Origin: Candidatus Nanoarchaeia archaeon
GTDB taxonomy: Archaea; Nanobdellota; Nanobdellia; Woesearchaeales; GW2011-AR9
DNA: 64,000 nt
Direction: 5' to 3'
NCBI GenBank assembly: GCA_035288985.1
Contig: DATDYP010000011.1
Span: forward strand, 7,673-71,672
Positions 1-9,131 of the stretch are shown here, piece after piece. The notes under the pieces were generated by a model. The model searched no databases and was not told the DNA's origin. It saw only the letters and a program-made list of their open reading frames with translations. The translations under genes were made by a program, and so were the position numbers. Each line of letters opens with the position of its first letter. The stretch's first letter is position 1.

Positions 1-3000
1 GCAACGCCATCAAATGAATACGAATAAGATTTGGTTGGCAAAGTAGAACTATCTAAGGGCATGATCTCTTTCACAATCCTGCCAAAGGTATCATATTCAA
101 AGTTTTTCCTGATCCCATTCTTCTCTTCAAACAACAGATTACCAGTTCCCAGATCGTAATTATACACACTAACATGTCCCAGAGCATTGACAACAGAAAC
201 AGGGTAGGTATAGGTGGAATCGTAATTATAACTGACCGAATTTCCTACCGAATCTGTACTTTTAACAACATTCCCAAAACCATCATACTCAAAATAGCTA
301 TAACTATTATTCCCGTTATTGTTCCAGTCTTCTTTCTTGCTCAATGCCCCTTTACTGCCTACTGCATTCAAGCCGAGATCATCATAATAAAACAAGGTCT
401 TCTTAATTTCATCTCCATTGGAATCAATCACAGTTGAAGTAGCCACTCGATCCAAGATCCAGTCGTCAGTATCTTTACTATAGGTATAATTATAGAACCG
501 CTCATCACCGGAAACATTTGCCTCCCCAAAATCAGTCACAAACAGCACATTCCCAGAACTATCATAGACAAACGTCTTATTGGTAACTTTAGGATTACCA
601 GCGCCATCATACAGATACAAAGAACTAAACCTCAACGTAACGTTAAAGATCCCATTATCCTGGGTATGGTTAAATTCTTTCAGATCAACAGAAAAGAGCG
701 ATCCATTCAAGGAAAACACTTCCGTCTTGTACTCCTTACCACGACGAGGATCGTCTTGATAGAAGTAATGCTTGACCACAGAATTATCTTGTATCTCTTC
801 CGTCCTGCCAAAACCTCTGAACTCAAAATTATCATAATTATATTTTCCAAAAGAATAATTATACGCAAACGAGCTATTAACTCCTAAATCTCCAGAAACA
901 TTATTATGAGACGTAACATTACCAACAACAAAAATATTAAACCCCAGGTCAGACAAACCATCTTCAGAATTATTAAAAGAAGTAGAGGTCGTATAATTCA
1001 GCGTCGTCCTGCCGCCATACTCATTGATGATCGCCCGCAGCAGATACGGGATGGTTGAATTCTTCACCCACGTATATTTAGTGGCATCGTCTTCATGAGC
1101 AACAACTACATCTACAAAGCCATCGCCATTCACATCCGCCAAACGGCGGCCAACATTAAAGCCAGACGAAGTAAACGCTTCCGGGCTTTGCCAAGAAGAA
1201 TCAGAACTCCATCCTCTTCCAGTGTTAATCCAGGCATCCCTTGTTGTTTCACTGGTATTGGTAAAATCAACAACAAGGTCAACCAAGCCGTCGCCGTTAA
1301 GATCGGCAAACCTTGCTCCCTTGTCAGCATCCGCGCCGTTAGTGAAATACACGGGAGGAGCCCAGATGCTGTTCTCAACCCAGCTTGAGCCATTATTGAG
1401 CCAGGCTTTCCTGACAGCTCTGGATTCAGAGCCTTCTAAAATATCCACCATACCATCGCCATTTACATCAGCCTCGCGCAGGCCAAGATCAACATGATTA
1501 GCATTCACAAAATCAAAGGTGGTATTCCATGATGAAGACACCTCCCATCCATGGCCATTATTGAGATACACAGCTCTGGGTTCGCTTCCACGCCCTTTGA
1601 TGATGTCCACAAAGCCGTCGCCGTCAACATCAACTAAGCGCACCCCCATGTCAGAGAGAGGGTTATTAACAATGTCGTAGGGAAAAACCCAGTCAGAACT
1701 GCTGTAATCAGTGGCATTGGCAAAACCAGTGCCATTATTGAGATACACTGTCCTTGCCCCGCCAGCAGACTTGATCAAGTCCTGAAAGCCGTCCCTGTTA
1801 ACGTCAACAAACCTGACACCCAGGTCCTCGCCACTTGGATTTACAATATATACCGGAAGAGTCCATGAAGGGTCTTCAGTCCAGTTGCCGGTTTTATTGT
1901 TGAGCCAGACTACCTTTACTAAGCTTGCTTGCCTCGCCTGCACCAGATCAGAAAAGCCGTCATTGTTGAAATCAACAAAACGCACGCCATAATCCTCATG
2001 GGCATTATCAGAAAAAATCACCGGAGGAACCCACAATGACATATCTTTTTCATACCCAGGTGTAGAAGCATAATATTCAAACGAAACATTGTACCAGATG
2101 GAGGTATTGTCAGCGCCATAATCAGTAATCTCGGAAATCGAACTTAATGCTGGATTTAAAGTACTATAATCGAGATGATACCTTCGCACTAGCACATTAC
2201 CAGCAAACACAGAAATATCCGTCAGCCTTCTGCTCTCCTCAACCTCATTGCCATTCTCATACACCCTCCTCCTGTCCGGGCGGACAGAATTTTCATAACT
2301 AAACCTTACCTCGCGTTGGTTATAGACGACAGAACTCAAATACATGGAGCTATTATCCTGAGCAGTTGGATTTTCCAGATAACTATAGCTGATCTGATTG
2401 CCAAAAAGGTCTTCTACCAGATCCAGGCTCCATTTGGTGGAAAAATTCTGTCCCGTGTTAGAAGCCAGCTCAGAGTCAGTGTTATATCCAAACCGGTACT
2501 TCATGCCGTCCTTCTTCGTAACCTGCCAATACACGCCCTGTTCATTCGGCGCGGCAGACAAATTCTGCACTTTGAAATAATACTCTACTTCCGTATGCCA
2601 GTAACCATCAGAAGGGGCATAGCGCAGCTCATACAAATTGCCGTCTAGAACCAGCTTAAACTCATCATCGGAAATATCGCCGAGAGTATTATTAACCTCC
2701 CTGTAAATCTGGTTGGCAGGCAATGACCATCCTGCTCCCGCAACTCCCGGCCGACCATTGACCGCCTGGCTGTTATACGACAAGACTATTGAAGGCTGCA
2801 ACCCAGTAGTGCCTTTAGGCACTTCTATCGGATAGGAATACGTTGCTGCTCCAGGAAAGAGATTAGTCTTATACTGCCCGAACAACTTCACATCAGGATG
2901 TTCAGGGACAGAGGCTTTATGCAAGTATGGTTTAAATCCATCGTCAGCAGCGTAGCTGAGAGGAAGAAGAACTACAAATACAAAAAATAACAGCGCTATC

Positions 3001-3008
3001 TTTCCCAT
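1..3008 (-). CDS. Secreted SpvB-N / FG-GAP repeat / TcdB-midN / YD(RHS)-repeat toxin-like protein, 3' end beyond the left window edge
   Basis: Not in the ORF track. Segments translated by hand share one frame from ATG 3008 to the edge: MGKIALLFFVFVVLLPLSYA signal peptide; GAATYSYPIEVPKGTTGLQPSIVLSYNSQ (SpvB-like); six DxNxDGxxD-type repeats (DFNNDGFSDL, DVNRDGFQDL, DVDGDGFVDI, DVNGDGMVDI, DLNGDGLVDL, DVNGDGFVDV); PYLLRAIINEYGGRTTLNY (midN-like); YNYDLGTGNLL and FEYDTFGRIVKE (YD repeats). Confidence 0.88.
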   Translation of the reverse strand, partial: MGKIALLFFVFVVLLPLSYAADDGFKPYLHKASVPEHPDVKLFGQYKTNLFPGAATYSYPIEVPKGTTGLQPSIVLSYNSQAVNGRPGVAGAGWSLPANQIYREVNNTLGDISDDEFKLVLDGNLYELRYAPSDGYWHTEVEYYFKVQNLSAAPNEQGVYWQVTKKDGMKYRFGYNTDSELASNTGQNFSTKWSLDLVEDLFGNQISYSYLENPTAQDNSSMYLSSVVYNQREVRFSYENSVRPDRRRVYENGNEVEESRRLTDISVFAGNVLVRRYHLDYSTLNPALSSISEITDYGADNTSIWYNVSFEYYASTPGYEKDMSLWVPPVIFSDNAHEDYGVRFVDFNNDGFSDLVQARQASLVKVVWLNNKTGNWTEDPSWTLPVYIVNPSGEDLGVRFVDVNRDGFQDLIKSAGGARTVYLNNGTGFANATDYSSSDWVFPYDIVNNPLSDMGVRLVDVDGDGFVDIIKGRGSEPRAVYLNNGHGWEVSSSWNTTFDFVNANHVDLGLREADVNGDGMVDILEGSESRAVRKAWLNNGSSWVENSIWAPPVYFTNGADADKGARFADLNGDGLVDLVVDFTNTSETTRDAWINTGRGWSSDSSWQSPEAFTSSGFNVGRRLADVNGDGFVDVVVAHEDDATKYTWVKNSTIPYLLRAIINEYGGRTTLNYTTSTSFNNSEDGLSDLGFNIFVVGNVTSHNNVSGDLGVNSSFAYNYSFGKYNYDNFEFRGFGRTEEIQDNSVVKHYFYQDDPRRGKEYKTEVFSLNGSLFSVDLKEFNHTQDNGIFNVTLRFSSLYLYDGAGNPKVTNKTFVYDSSGNVLFVTDFGEANVSGDERFYNYTYSKDTDDWILDRVATSTVIDSNGDEIKKTLFYYDDLGLNAVGSKGALSKKEDWNNNGNNSYSYFEYDGFGNVVKSTDSVGNSVSYNYDSTYTYPVSVVNALGHVSVYNYDLGTGNLLFEEKNGIRKNFEYDTFGRIVKEIMPLDSSTLPTKSYSYSFDGV

Positions 3009-3016
3009 CCCAGTAC

Positions 3017-4408
3017 CTAGCTTTTGGTGGAATTTATCAATGCCGAAACCTTGCTGGTCATCTCTGTTGACGAGACATTGTACACATCCAGCGTATAGAC
3101 GGCTGGCGTGATGTTAAACAATCCCAGCAGGGAAGCCCCGTCAAGGGCATTGTTGATGATCCATCTCTGATTGCCATAGACAGCAACTTTGTCAACGGTT
3201 GCGACCAGCTGGTTATTGTTCAGATTTCTCATGTAGACTTTCTGGTTGGTGTAAATTGTTGCTCCCGGCCAGATTGTACTGGTCTGTATGCCTAGATCTA
3301 TTGCATCTTCAACCGTTCCAGCTAAGCTGGTGATGTCCATGATAAGTTCCGTGGTGTTTGTCAAGTCATCGTTTGAAGTGGAAGCGCAGCTCACATAGAC
3401 AGCATCTGTTGAAGCGACAAGTTCATCCTGCGTTGTTAAGGTACAGGTATGGGTTGTTGATGCCTGCCCGCCGGCACAATCCCTTGTTGCACCTAGAGTA
3501 GTATAGTTCTGATTCTCATCCCCGATGCGACAATTGGCATTTACATCAGTATTTAAAGCAAATGTAGGCGTGGTGTCTGACGTAGTGTATGGAGCAACAC
3601 TGTCGCCGGCAGGAGGATTGCTGACAGTGCAGTTGATAGCGCTGAAAGCTGGGATTGATCCTGCTCCTCCACCGCCAGTGATATAGCCGCAATCCCTTCC
3701 TGTACCTGAATTGTACAGCTCGGTTATTTCCGCTTCTGTCAAATTCCTGCTCCACAAAGCAATCTCATCAAGATAGCCGCTGAAAGGCGAGCTGGGTATT
3801 CCCGTCGCACCGATATAAAATTTATTAACGCCCGTATTCAGAGAACGGGCGGTCTTGTATGTGGGAGTAGCAGTTCCGTTGATGGTCGTGCGGATATTAG
3901 CACCGCTAGCTCCATCAAATGAAGTGCAGATAAACTGCCAGTCATTGACAAGAGGGGATGACCCTGAATCGTGATCATTAGAATAACCGACAATGTATAG
4001 CCCGCTCGTAGCGCTGGCGGTGGATTTCACGTAGGTATGAAACGCGCTACCGACAGATTCAGTTCCGAGACTGACCCCGGTATAATGGTTATTGCCGCTT
4101 TCATTCAGATAAGCCCAGAAACAAACAGTCCTGGCAGAAGAACCTGACACGCCAGCATCATCCATGGATCTGAGGTAGTCAGTAGTGGCATCATTGAAAC
4201 CAGCGCATTGACCGATCTTGCAGTTCTGATCCAGAAGGGGGGAATTAATCATTTGAACGTCATTCGTTCCTGTACTGGTGTAATAATGCGTTGCGTTCCT
4301 GTCAGCAGAGTTAAGAGAGTAACAGGAAAGAAGGCTGTCAGACAAAGTTCCCCAGCCAAAGCTGCTGAGTAATATCAATAGTCCTAAAAATAAGATTGTC
4401 CGTCTCAT
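3017..4408 (-). CDS. Secreted LamG-like (concanavalin A fold) domain protein
   Basis: N-terminal signal peptide; WQFICTSFDG and FYIGATG...FSGYLDEIALWSRNLTEAEITELYN are typical LamG_3 motifs. Confidence 0.8.
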   Translation of the reverse strand: MRRTILFLGLLILLSSFGWGTLSDSLLSCYSLNSADRNATHYYTSTGTNDVQMINSPLLDQNCKIGQCAGFNDATTDYLRSMDDAGVSGSSARTVCFWAYLNESGNNHYTGVSLGTESVGSAFHTYVKSTASATSGLYIVGYSNDHDSGSSPLVNDWQFICTSFDGASGANIRTTINGTATPTYKTARSLNTGVNKFYIGATGIPSSPFSGYLDEIALWSRNLTEAEITELYNSGTGRDCGYITGGGGAGSIPAFSAINCTVSNPPAGDSVAPYTTSDTTPTFALNTDVNANCRIGDENQNYTTLGATRDCAGGQASTTHTCTLTTQDELVASTDAVYVSCASTSNDDLTNTTELIMDITSLAGTVEDAIDLGIQTSTIWPGATIYTNQKVYMRNLNNNQLVATVDKVAVYGNQRWIINNALDGASLLGLFNITPAVYTLDVYNVSSTEMTSKVSALINSTKS

Positions 4409-5601
4409 TTTATCACCTCCGCAGATGATCTAGCTAAGAAGTAACTGTCATCACCTGCGGTAAAGTCATCTTCAGAGTTCTTCTCATACTTGACAAAACT
4501 CTCTCCTTCCAGGACAAATTTCTGGCAGCTTTCCCCTGATGAACATACACCATTGCCATTGCCGTCAAGCTTGCTGTCGCAAAGTACAGTAACAACTCCT
4601 CCTTGCTCGGTTGTGGAACAAGAATAGTCTTCAGTTGTAAGTTTGACGCTCTTCACGCCATTATCCAGCATATAGCCAAAGGTGTCGCACTCATCCCTGG
4701 TTTTTTGCACTTTCTGCGTTCCGGTAATGCATTGATACGTTTCCTGAGCTGGAGTATTGCAGCTGGTATTAGATGGCGCATCACTACAGACAACTGGCTC
4801 AGTAAGCCTTGTACAAGTTCCGTACACGCTTTCCAATCCTTCATAGGTGATGGGCGTGCATGTTTGAAGAGGAGTAACAGAACTCTGAGCCTGCACAGCT
4901 AATGGAGTAAGAACAATCTCTTCCTCAGCCTTCGGCGGTTCTTCAACAGTAACCTCCGCGCCGGCGGAACTGCCTTCATATTGATCATTTCCAGGATAAT
5001 CAGCCTTGACTGTATATACTCCAGCAGATGTTGGCGAGGAATCCCAGAATACTGCCGCTTCCCCTTTATCATTGGTTATCTCGGAACCGATCTTCTGAGC
5101 GCCAAGATAAAAATCAATGGATTGGTGCGGGACAGGATTTTGATTTTCATCTACTAATAAAGCCCGTATCTTAACCATTTGCCCGATGAACACTTTTATT
5201 TTATCAAGTACGACCGAAAGGAATGTTTTGATCTTCTGAACTATTGGAACAGGCGTTCCCCCAGTAAGGGAGTCTGGAGTAACTGTTTCAGAAACAGGCT
5301 CTTCGGCTGGCGTGCTTTCGGCAGGAGTTTCAACAACAGGTTCAGCTGCGGGAATTTCTTCGACAGGCACTTCTTCAGGAATTATCTCTTCCACTGGCAG
5401 TATGGAGATAGGAGTGCTGTCGGCTGTCTGTTCAACAGGATCCGCAGCCGGCAGGATTGATATAAGAGGATTAGCCTCTTCGGCGAGGGTGGCAGATTCT
5501 GGAACAGAGCTATTAAGAGATTGATTTGTTTCATGTTCCGCAACGGCAGAAAAAAGCAACAATACACTTACCAGTAATATAACTGCTAATTTATCTATCA
5601 T
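4405..5601 (-). CDS. Secreted protein with acidic Pro/Glu linker, Ig-like domain and Cys-rich C-terminus
   Basis: Signal peptide; EEIP/EPV low-complexity linker; Ig-like segment TNDKGEA...GVYTVKADYPGNDQYEGSS; 4-bp ATGA overlap with the next gene. Confidence 0.7.
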   Translation of the reverse strand: MIDKLAVILLVSVLLLFSAVAEHETNQSLNSSVPESATLAEEANPLISILPAADPVEQTADSTPISILPVEEIIPEEVPVEEIPAAEPVVETPAESTPAEEPVSETVTPDSLTGGTPVPIVQKIKTFLSVVLDKIKVFIGQMVKIRALLVDENQNPVPHQSIDFYLGAQKIGSEITNDKGEAAVFWDSSPTSAGVYTVKADYPGNDQYEGSSAGAEVTVEEPPKAEEEIVLTPLAVQAQSSVTPLQTCTPITYEGLESVYGTCTRLTEPVVCSDAPSNTSCNTPAQETYQCITGTQKVQKTRDECDTFGYMLDNGVKSVKLTTEDYSCSTTEQGGVVTVLCDSKLDGNGNGVCSSGESCQKFVLEGESFVKYEKNSEDDFTAGDDSYFLARSSAEVIK

Positions 5602-5681
5602 CTACACCACCTCTTTGTCTTCAGATCCCCACATCTGAATGATAATTGGAAATATGTTTAGCTATATAATAGTTTGGTATA

Positions 5682-5753
5682 TGTATTATAGGGTATGCGT
5701 CTTAGTGAGAGAGAATTTGTATTATAGGGTATGCGTCTTAGTGAGAGAGAATT
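5682..5753. repeat. Exact 36-bp tandem duplication
   Basis: TGTATTATAGGGTATGCGTCTTAGTGAGAGAGAATT at 5682-5717 and 5718-5753, no spacer. Confidence 0.95.
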
Positions 5754-5825
5754 ATGTTGTTTTCCAACACCAAAAGACCCCGCTCTTCCACAATCTTTAA
5801 AAACACCTTCTCTTCAGTTTTGCAG

Positions 5826-6794
5826 ATGAAAAAGGTTGTGGTTATCGGCGGCGGCACGGGCAATTTTACGGTCCTTTCCGGGCTTAAAAAGCATAATCTG
5901 GATTTAAGCGCCATCGTTTCCATGGCTGATGATGGAGGCAGCACCGGAATCCTTAGGGATGAATTAGGCGTCTTGCCCCCGGGAGATGTACGGCAATGTT
6001 TAGTTGCTCTCTCCGATTCCAGCAGGTTAATGAGGAGCCTGATGAATTATCGTTTTGAAACCGGCGGCCTGGAAGGGCATAGTTTTGGAAACTTATTGCT
6101 GTCTGCGCTGGAAAAGGTTACAGGAAGTTTTGACCGCGCTGTGGAAGAGATGGGCAGGATTATGGCCATTAAAGGAAAAGTCATCCCGGTTACGACTAAT
6201 AAAGTTCACCTGAAGATGATCCTCCACAACAACAAAGTGCTGGAAGGTGAGCACGAGATTGATGTTTCAGCAGAGATTGATAAAGGCTTTAAGAGTATTT
6301 ACCTCGAACCCTTTCCAGAAGCCAATTCCAGAGCTATAGATCAGATCATGACCGCTGATTTAGTGATTCTCAGCCCCGGCGATTTGTATACTTCACTTAT
6401 CCCTAATCTTCTGGTTGACGGCGTAAGTAAATCTCTGCGCGAGACAGGAGCGAAAAAAGCATTGGTGGTCAATCTGGTGAATAAACGCGGGCAGACCAGC
6501 CAGTTTAAAGTAAGCGATTACTTGCGGGAGCTGAAACGCTTCATCGGCAGGGACATTTTTGATTTTGTCGTTGTCAACAACAGCAAAGTCCCGGAAGAAT
6601 TGATCCAGCTGTATGAACAGGAAGGGGATCCGGTTGTAAACGATCTGAAAAATGATTCCAGAGTGATCATGGTTGACCTGCTAAGCAGCGAGGTTGTTCA
6701 ATCACAGAAAGTTGATACACTGAAGCGCAGCCTGCTTCGCCATGATTCCCAAAAATTAGCCCATGAGTTGATGAATATTGTTAATAATCTTTGA
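5826..6794 (+). CDS. YvcK/GlmR (CofD-related, UPF0052) family protein
   Basis: MKKVVVIGGGTG, DDGGSTGILR, PPGDVRQC, GHSFGNL, PGDLYTSLIPNLL and RHDS motifs; start trimmed to MKKVV. Confidence 0.88.
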   Translation: MKKVVVIGGGTGNFTVLSGLKKHNLDLSAIVSMADDGGSTGILRDELGVLPPGDVRQCLVALSDSSRLMRSLMNYRFETGGLEGHSFGNLLLSALEKVTGSFDRAVEEMGRIMAIKGKVIPVTTNKVHLKMILHNNKVLEGEHEIDVSAEIDKGFKSIYLEPFPEANSRAIDQIMTADLVILSPGDLYTSLIPNLLVDGVSKSLRETGAKKALVVNLVNKRGQTSQFKVSDYLRELKRFIGRDIFDFVVVNNSKVPEELIQLYEQEGDPVVNDLKNDSRVIMVDLLSSEVVQSQKVDTLKRSLLRHDSQKLAHELMNIVNNL

Positions 6795-7440
6795 CCTTGA
6801 CGATACCTTAATAGACACGTCCGGCAGCACTGTTCCTGTAAAGCTTAAGGATGCCCTCAAAGCGATGGTTCAGGCTGGACTGAAAGTGCCATCGTTTGAT
6901 AAAGCATTAGATCTTCTCACAGAAGTTGATTCGCGATCTCCCAATGGTGAAGAGAGCATCAGGACTTTTCTCCGCAACATCAAGGCTGACAGCTCCTTTG
7001 CAGTCATCGGTGCGGCAGAATTTTATAAGCCTCTGCATGAAGATATCACTGTAAAACTACTGCAAGGGGCGCGGGAGGTTCTGTCAGTGTTGCAACGAAA
7101 ATACACCTTGGTATTAGTCTCAAAAGGAAGCAAAGAGCTGCAATATCAGAAAATGAAGAAAGCGGGAATAGACACAAGCATTTTCAGCAAGATTATTATA
7201 ACAGAAGAATATAACAAACGGCAGAAGTATGAAGAGATCATGAAAGAATTCAAATCTACGCCTTTGGATACGATCGTTGTCGGGGACAAGTTTTACAGCG
7301 ACTTGCTGCCGGCAAAGGAGCTAGGAATAAAAACCGTACAAGTATTATGGGGAAGGGCTCTGAAGTATCCTGAAGAAGGGGCGGATTATAAAATAAAAAC
7401 ATTGCGCGACTTGCCAAAAATAGTGGAGCAGTTACAATGA
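6778..7440 (+). CDS. HAD-superfamily hydrolase
   Basis: FDLDDTL motif I; VGDKFYSDL motif IV. Confidence 0.85.
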   Translation: MLIIFDLDDTLIDTSGSTVPVKLKDALKAMVQAGLKVPSFDKALDLLTEVDSRSPNGEESIRTFLRNIKADSSFAVIGAAEFYKPLHEDITVKLLQGAREVLSVLQRKYTLVLVSKGSKELQYQKMKKAGIDTSIFSKIIITEEYNKRQKYEEIMKEFKSTPLDTIVVGDKFYSDLLPAKELGIKTVQVLWGRALKYPEEGADYKIKTLRDLPKIVEQLQ

Positions 7441-8129
7441 AAGCAGTCATCTTAGCGGCAGGGAAAGGGACGCGGATGCTCCCGTTGACAAAAACAATGC
7501 CTAAAGTCCTTATTCCCATCAACGGCAAACCATTCCTGCAATATGTCATTGAAAACGTACGCCAGGCAGGATATACCGAGTTAGCGATAGTTGTCGGGCA
7601 TCTGAAAGAGAAGATCGCTGCCTTCCTTAAACAGAACAAGATCAAAGCAACACTGATCGAGCAAAAAGAGCTGCGCGGCACCGGGGATGCAGTGCTACAA
7701 GCGCGTAAATTTACCGGCAAGGATAATTTTTTAATCTACTATGGTGATAATTTAATCAGCGCTCAAGACTTGAAGTCCATGCCGCTGTCAGATGGGTTTA
7801 ACTATACCGGCGGCATCGAAGTGGAGCATCCGGAAAACTACGGTGTCTTAGTTGAAAAGAATGGTTTTTTACAGGAGATCAAAGAAAAGCCCAAAGACTT
7901 TGTCAGCAATCTCATCAATCCCGGGCTGTATAAATTTACTCCAGAAATATTTTCTGCGCTGGAGAAAGTCACAGTCTCGCCGCGGGGAGAGATTGAGCTT
8001 ACTGATGCAGTAACCATCTTAGCCAAACAACGGAAAGTGAAAGTCATCAGATTGAGGGACTATTGGCTGGATCTAGGAACTAAAGACGATGTTAGGAAAG
8101 TGGAAGAGTTTTTGAGGAAGTTGAAGTGA
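7437..8129 (+). CDS. Sugar-phosphate nucleotidyltransferase (NTP_transferase family)
   Basis: ILAAGKGTRMLPLT..PKVL, GTGDAV, YGD, EKP, RGEIELTDA and WLDLG motifs. Confidence 0.9.
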   Translation: MKAVILAAGKGTRMLPLTKTMPKVLIPINGKPFLQYVIENVRQAGYTELAIVVGHLKEKIAAFLKQNKIKATLIEQKELRGTGDAVLQARKFTGKDNFLIYYGDNLISAQDLKSMPLSDGFNYTGGIEVEHPENYGVLVEKNGFLQEIKEKPKDFVSNLINPGLYKFTPEIFSALEKVTVSPRGEIELTDAVTILAKQRKVKVIRLRDYWLDLGTKDDVRKVEEFLRKLK

Positions 8130-8143
8130 AGGAGTTTAGTAGA

Positions 8144-8881
8144 TTAAAATTTAGGCTCTAATAAAATAATCTTTCTTTTCCCAATCTTAAATTTCTTTAT
8201 GCATGAATAGCCTTCATGTAAAATCTCCTGCTTCTTATTAAGGATGATAGCTACTATTGCAACAGGACTAAGCCTACTTTTTATTTTATCCAAACAGATT
8301 TTAATAGGATTGCTTTCTTCTTTTAGATCATCCCACTGGGTTAACTTCCCATACGGAACATCAGCTATAACCAAATCTATTCCAGAAACTGGTTTTGGGA
8401 GGTTAGTATCAACAAGAATGTTAAATTGAAATATTTTAGTCTTAATAGATAAAGATATAACCTTTGATTTGAGCCGATAAGCACTTTCTAGTGCTTCTTT
8501 GTGTGAAATTTTATTATAATCTTGAATGAATTTCTCCAGTTCATGTATGCGATTGTTAATACCTTCAGTATTTAAGAGAGCTAGATTTTTGCTAGCAAAT
8601 TCAAGTGCTTTTTTATCTGAATCAGAAGCAAAAAAAGTTCTTATACTTGATCCGTGAAGAAAACCAAGCACTGTAAGAGTATACCCTGCACCACAAAGAG
8701 GATCATAAACAATGTATGGTGAATATTTTCCTTTTTTTGTCAAATACTCGCTACATCTCTGAAAGATTTCACTAGCCAGACGAACAGGAAAATTTGTTGC
8801 CTTGGGCACCCCATATATTACTCTCCCGCTAGAGTAATCTTCGTAATTCTCTTTCATTGCTGTAAATTTGTATTTATTCAT
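8144..8881 (-). CDS. AviRa-like rRNA (guanine-N1) methyltransferase
   Basis: NYEDYSSGRVIY, FPVRLASEIFQR, YDPLCGAGYTLTVLGFLH and DLVIADVPYG match recalled AviRa-family motifs; visibly AT-richer than neighbours. Confidence 0.75.
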   Translation of the reverse strand: MNKYKFTAMKENYEDYSSGRVIYGVPKATNFPVRLASEIFQRCSEYLTKKGKYSPYIVYDPLCGAGYTLTVLGFLHGSSIRTFFASDSDKKALEFASKNLALLNTEGINNRIHELEKFIQDYNKISHKEALESAYRLKSKVISLSIKTKIFQFNILVDTNLPKPVSGIDLVIADVPYGKLTQWDDLKEESNPIKICLDKIKSRLSPVAIVAIILNKKQEILHEGYSCIKKFKIGKRKIILLEPKF

Positions 8882-9131
8882 ATTGGATGTATTTTAGTTT
8901 TTTCATATGATAAAGCTTTACTCAACAGCCTCTCTTACGATTCAATCAACAAATTTTTCCGCCACTTGATCCGCTTTATTTGCTCCATCTACAATATAAT
9001 GAATTTTCTCCCGTTTAATATGTTTTTCTAAATGTTTGGCTCTGTCCTAACCTAAAACTATATAAAATCAAACTATTTCTTTCTCCCTGCAAAAAAGAGG
9101 CATTACCGTGAAGCATAAGAACAATTCCAAT

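Noticed and set aside
174..2648. Short plus-strand ORFs in the ORF track
   Set aside because: They are antisense shadows of the long minus-strand RHS-like frame, which carries recognisable motifs.
5682..5753. 36-bp repeat as a CRISPR array
   Set aside because: Only two copies, directly adjacent with no spacer, and no cas genes in the window.
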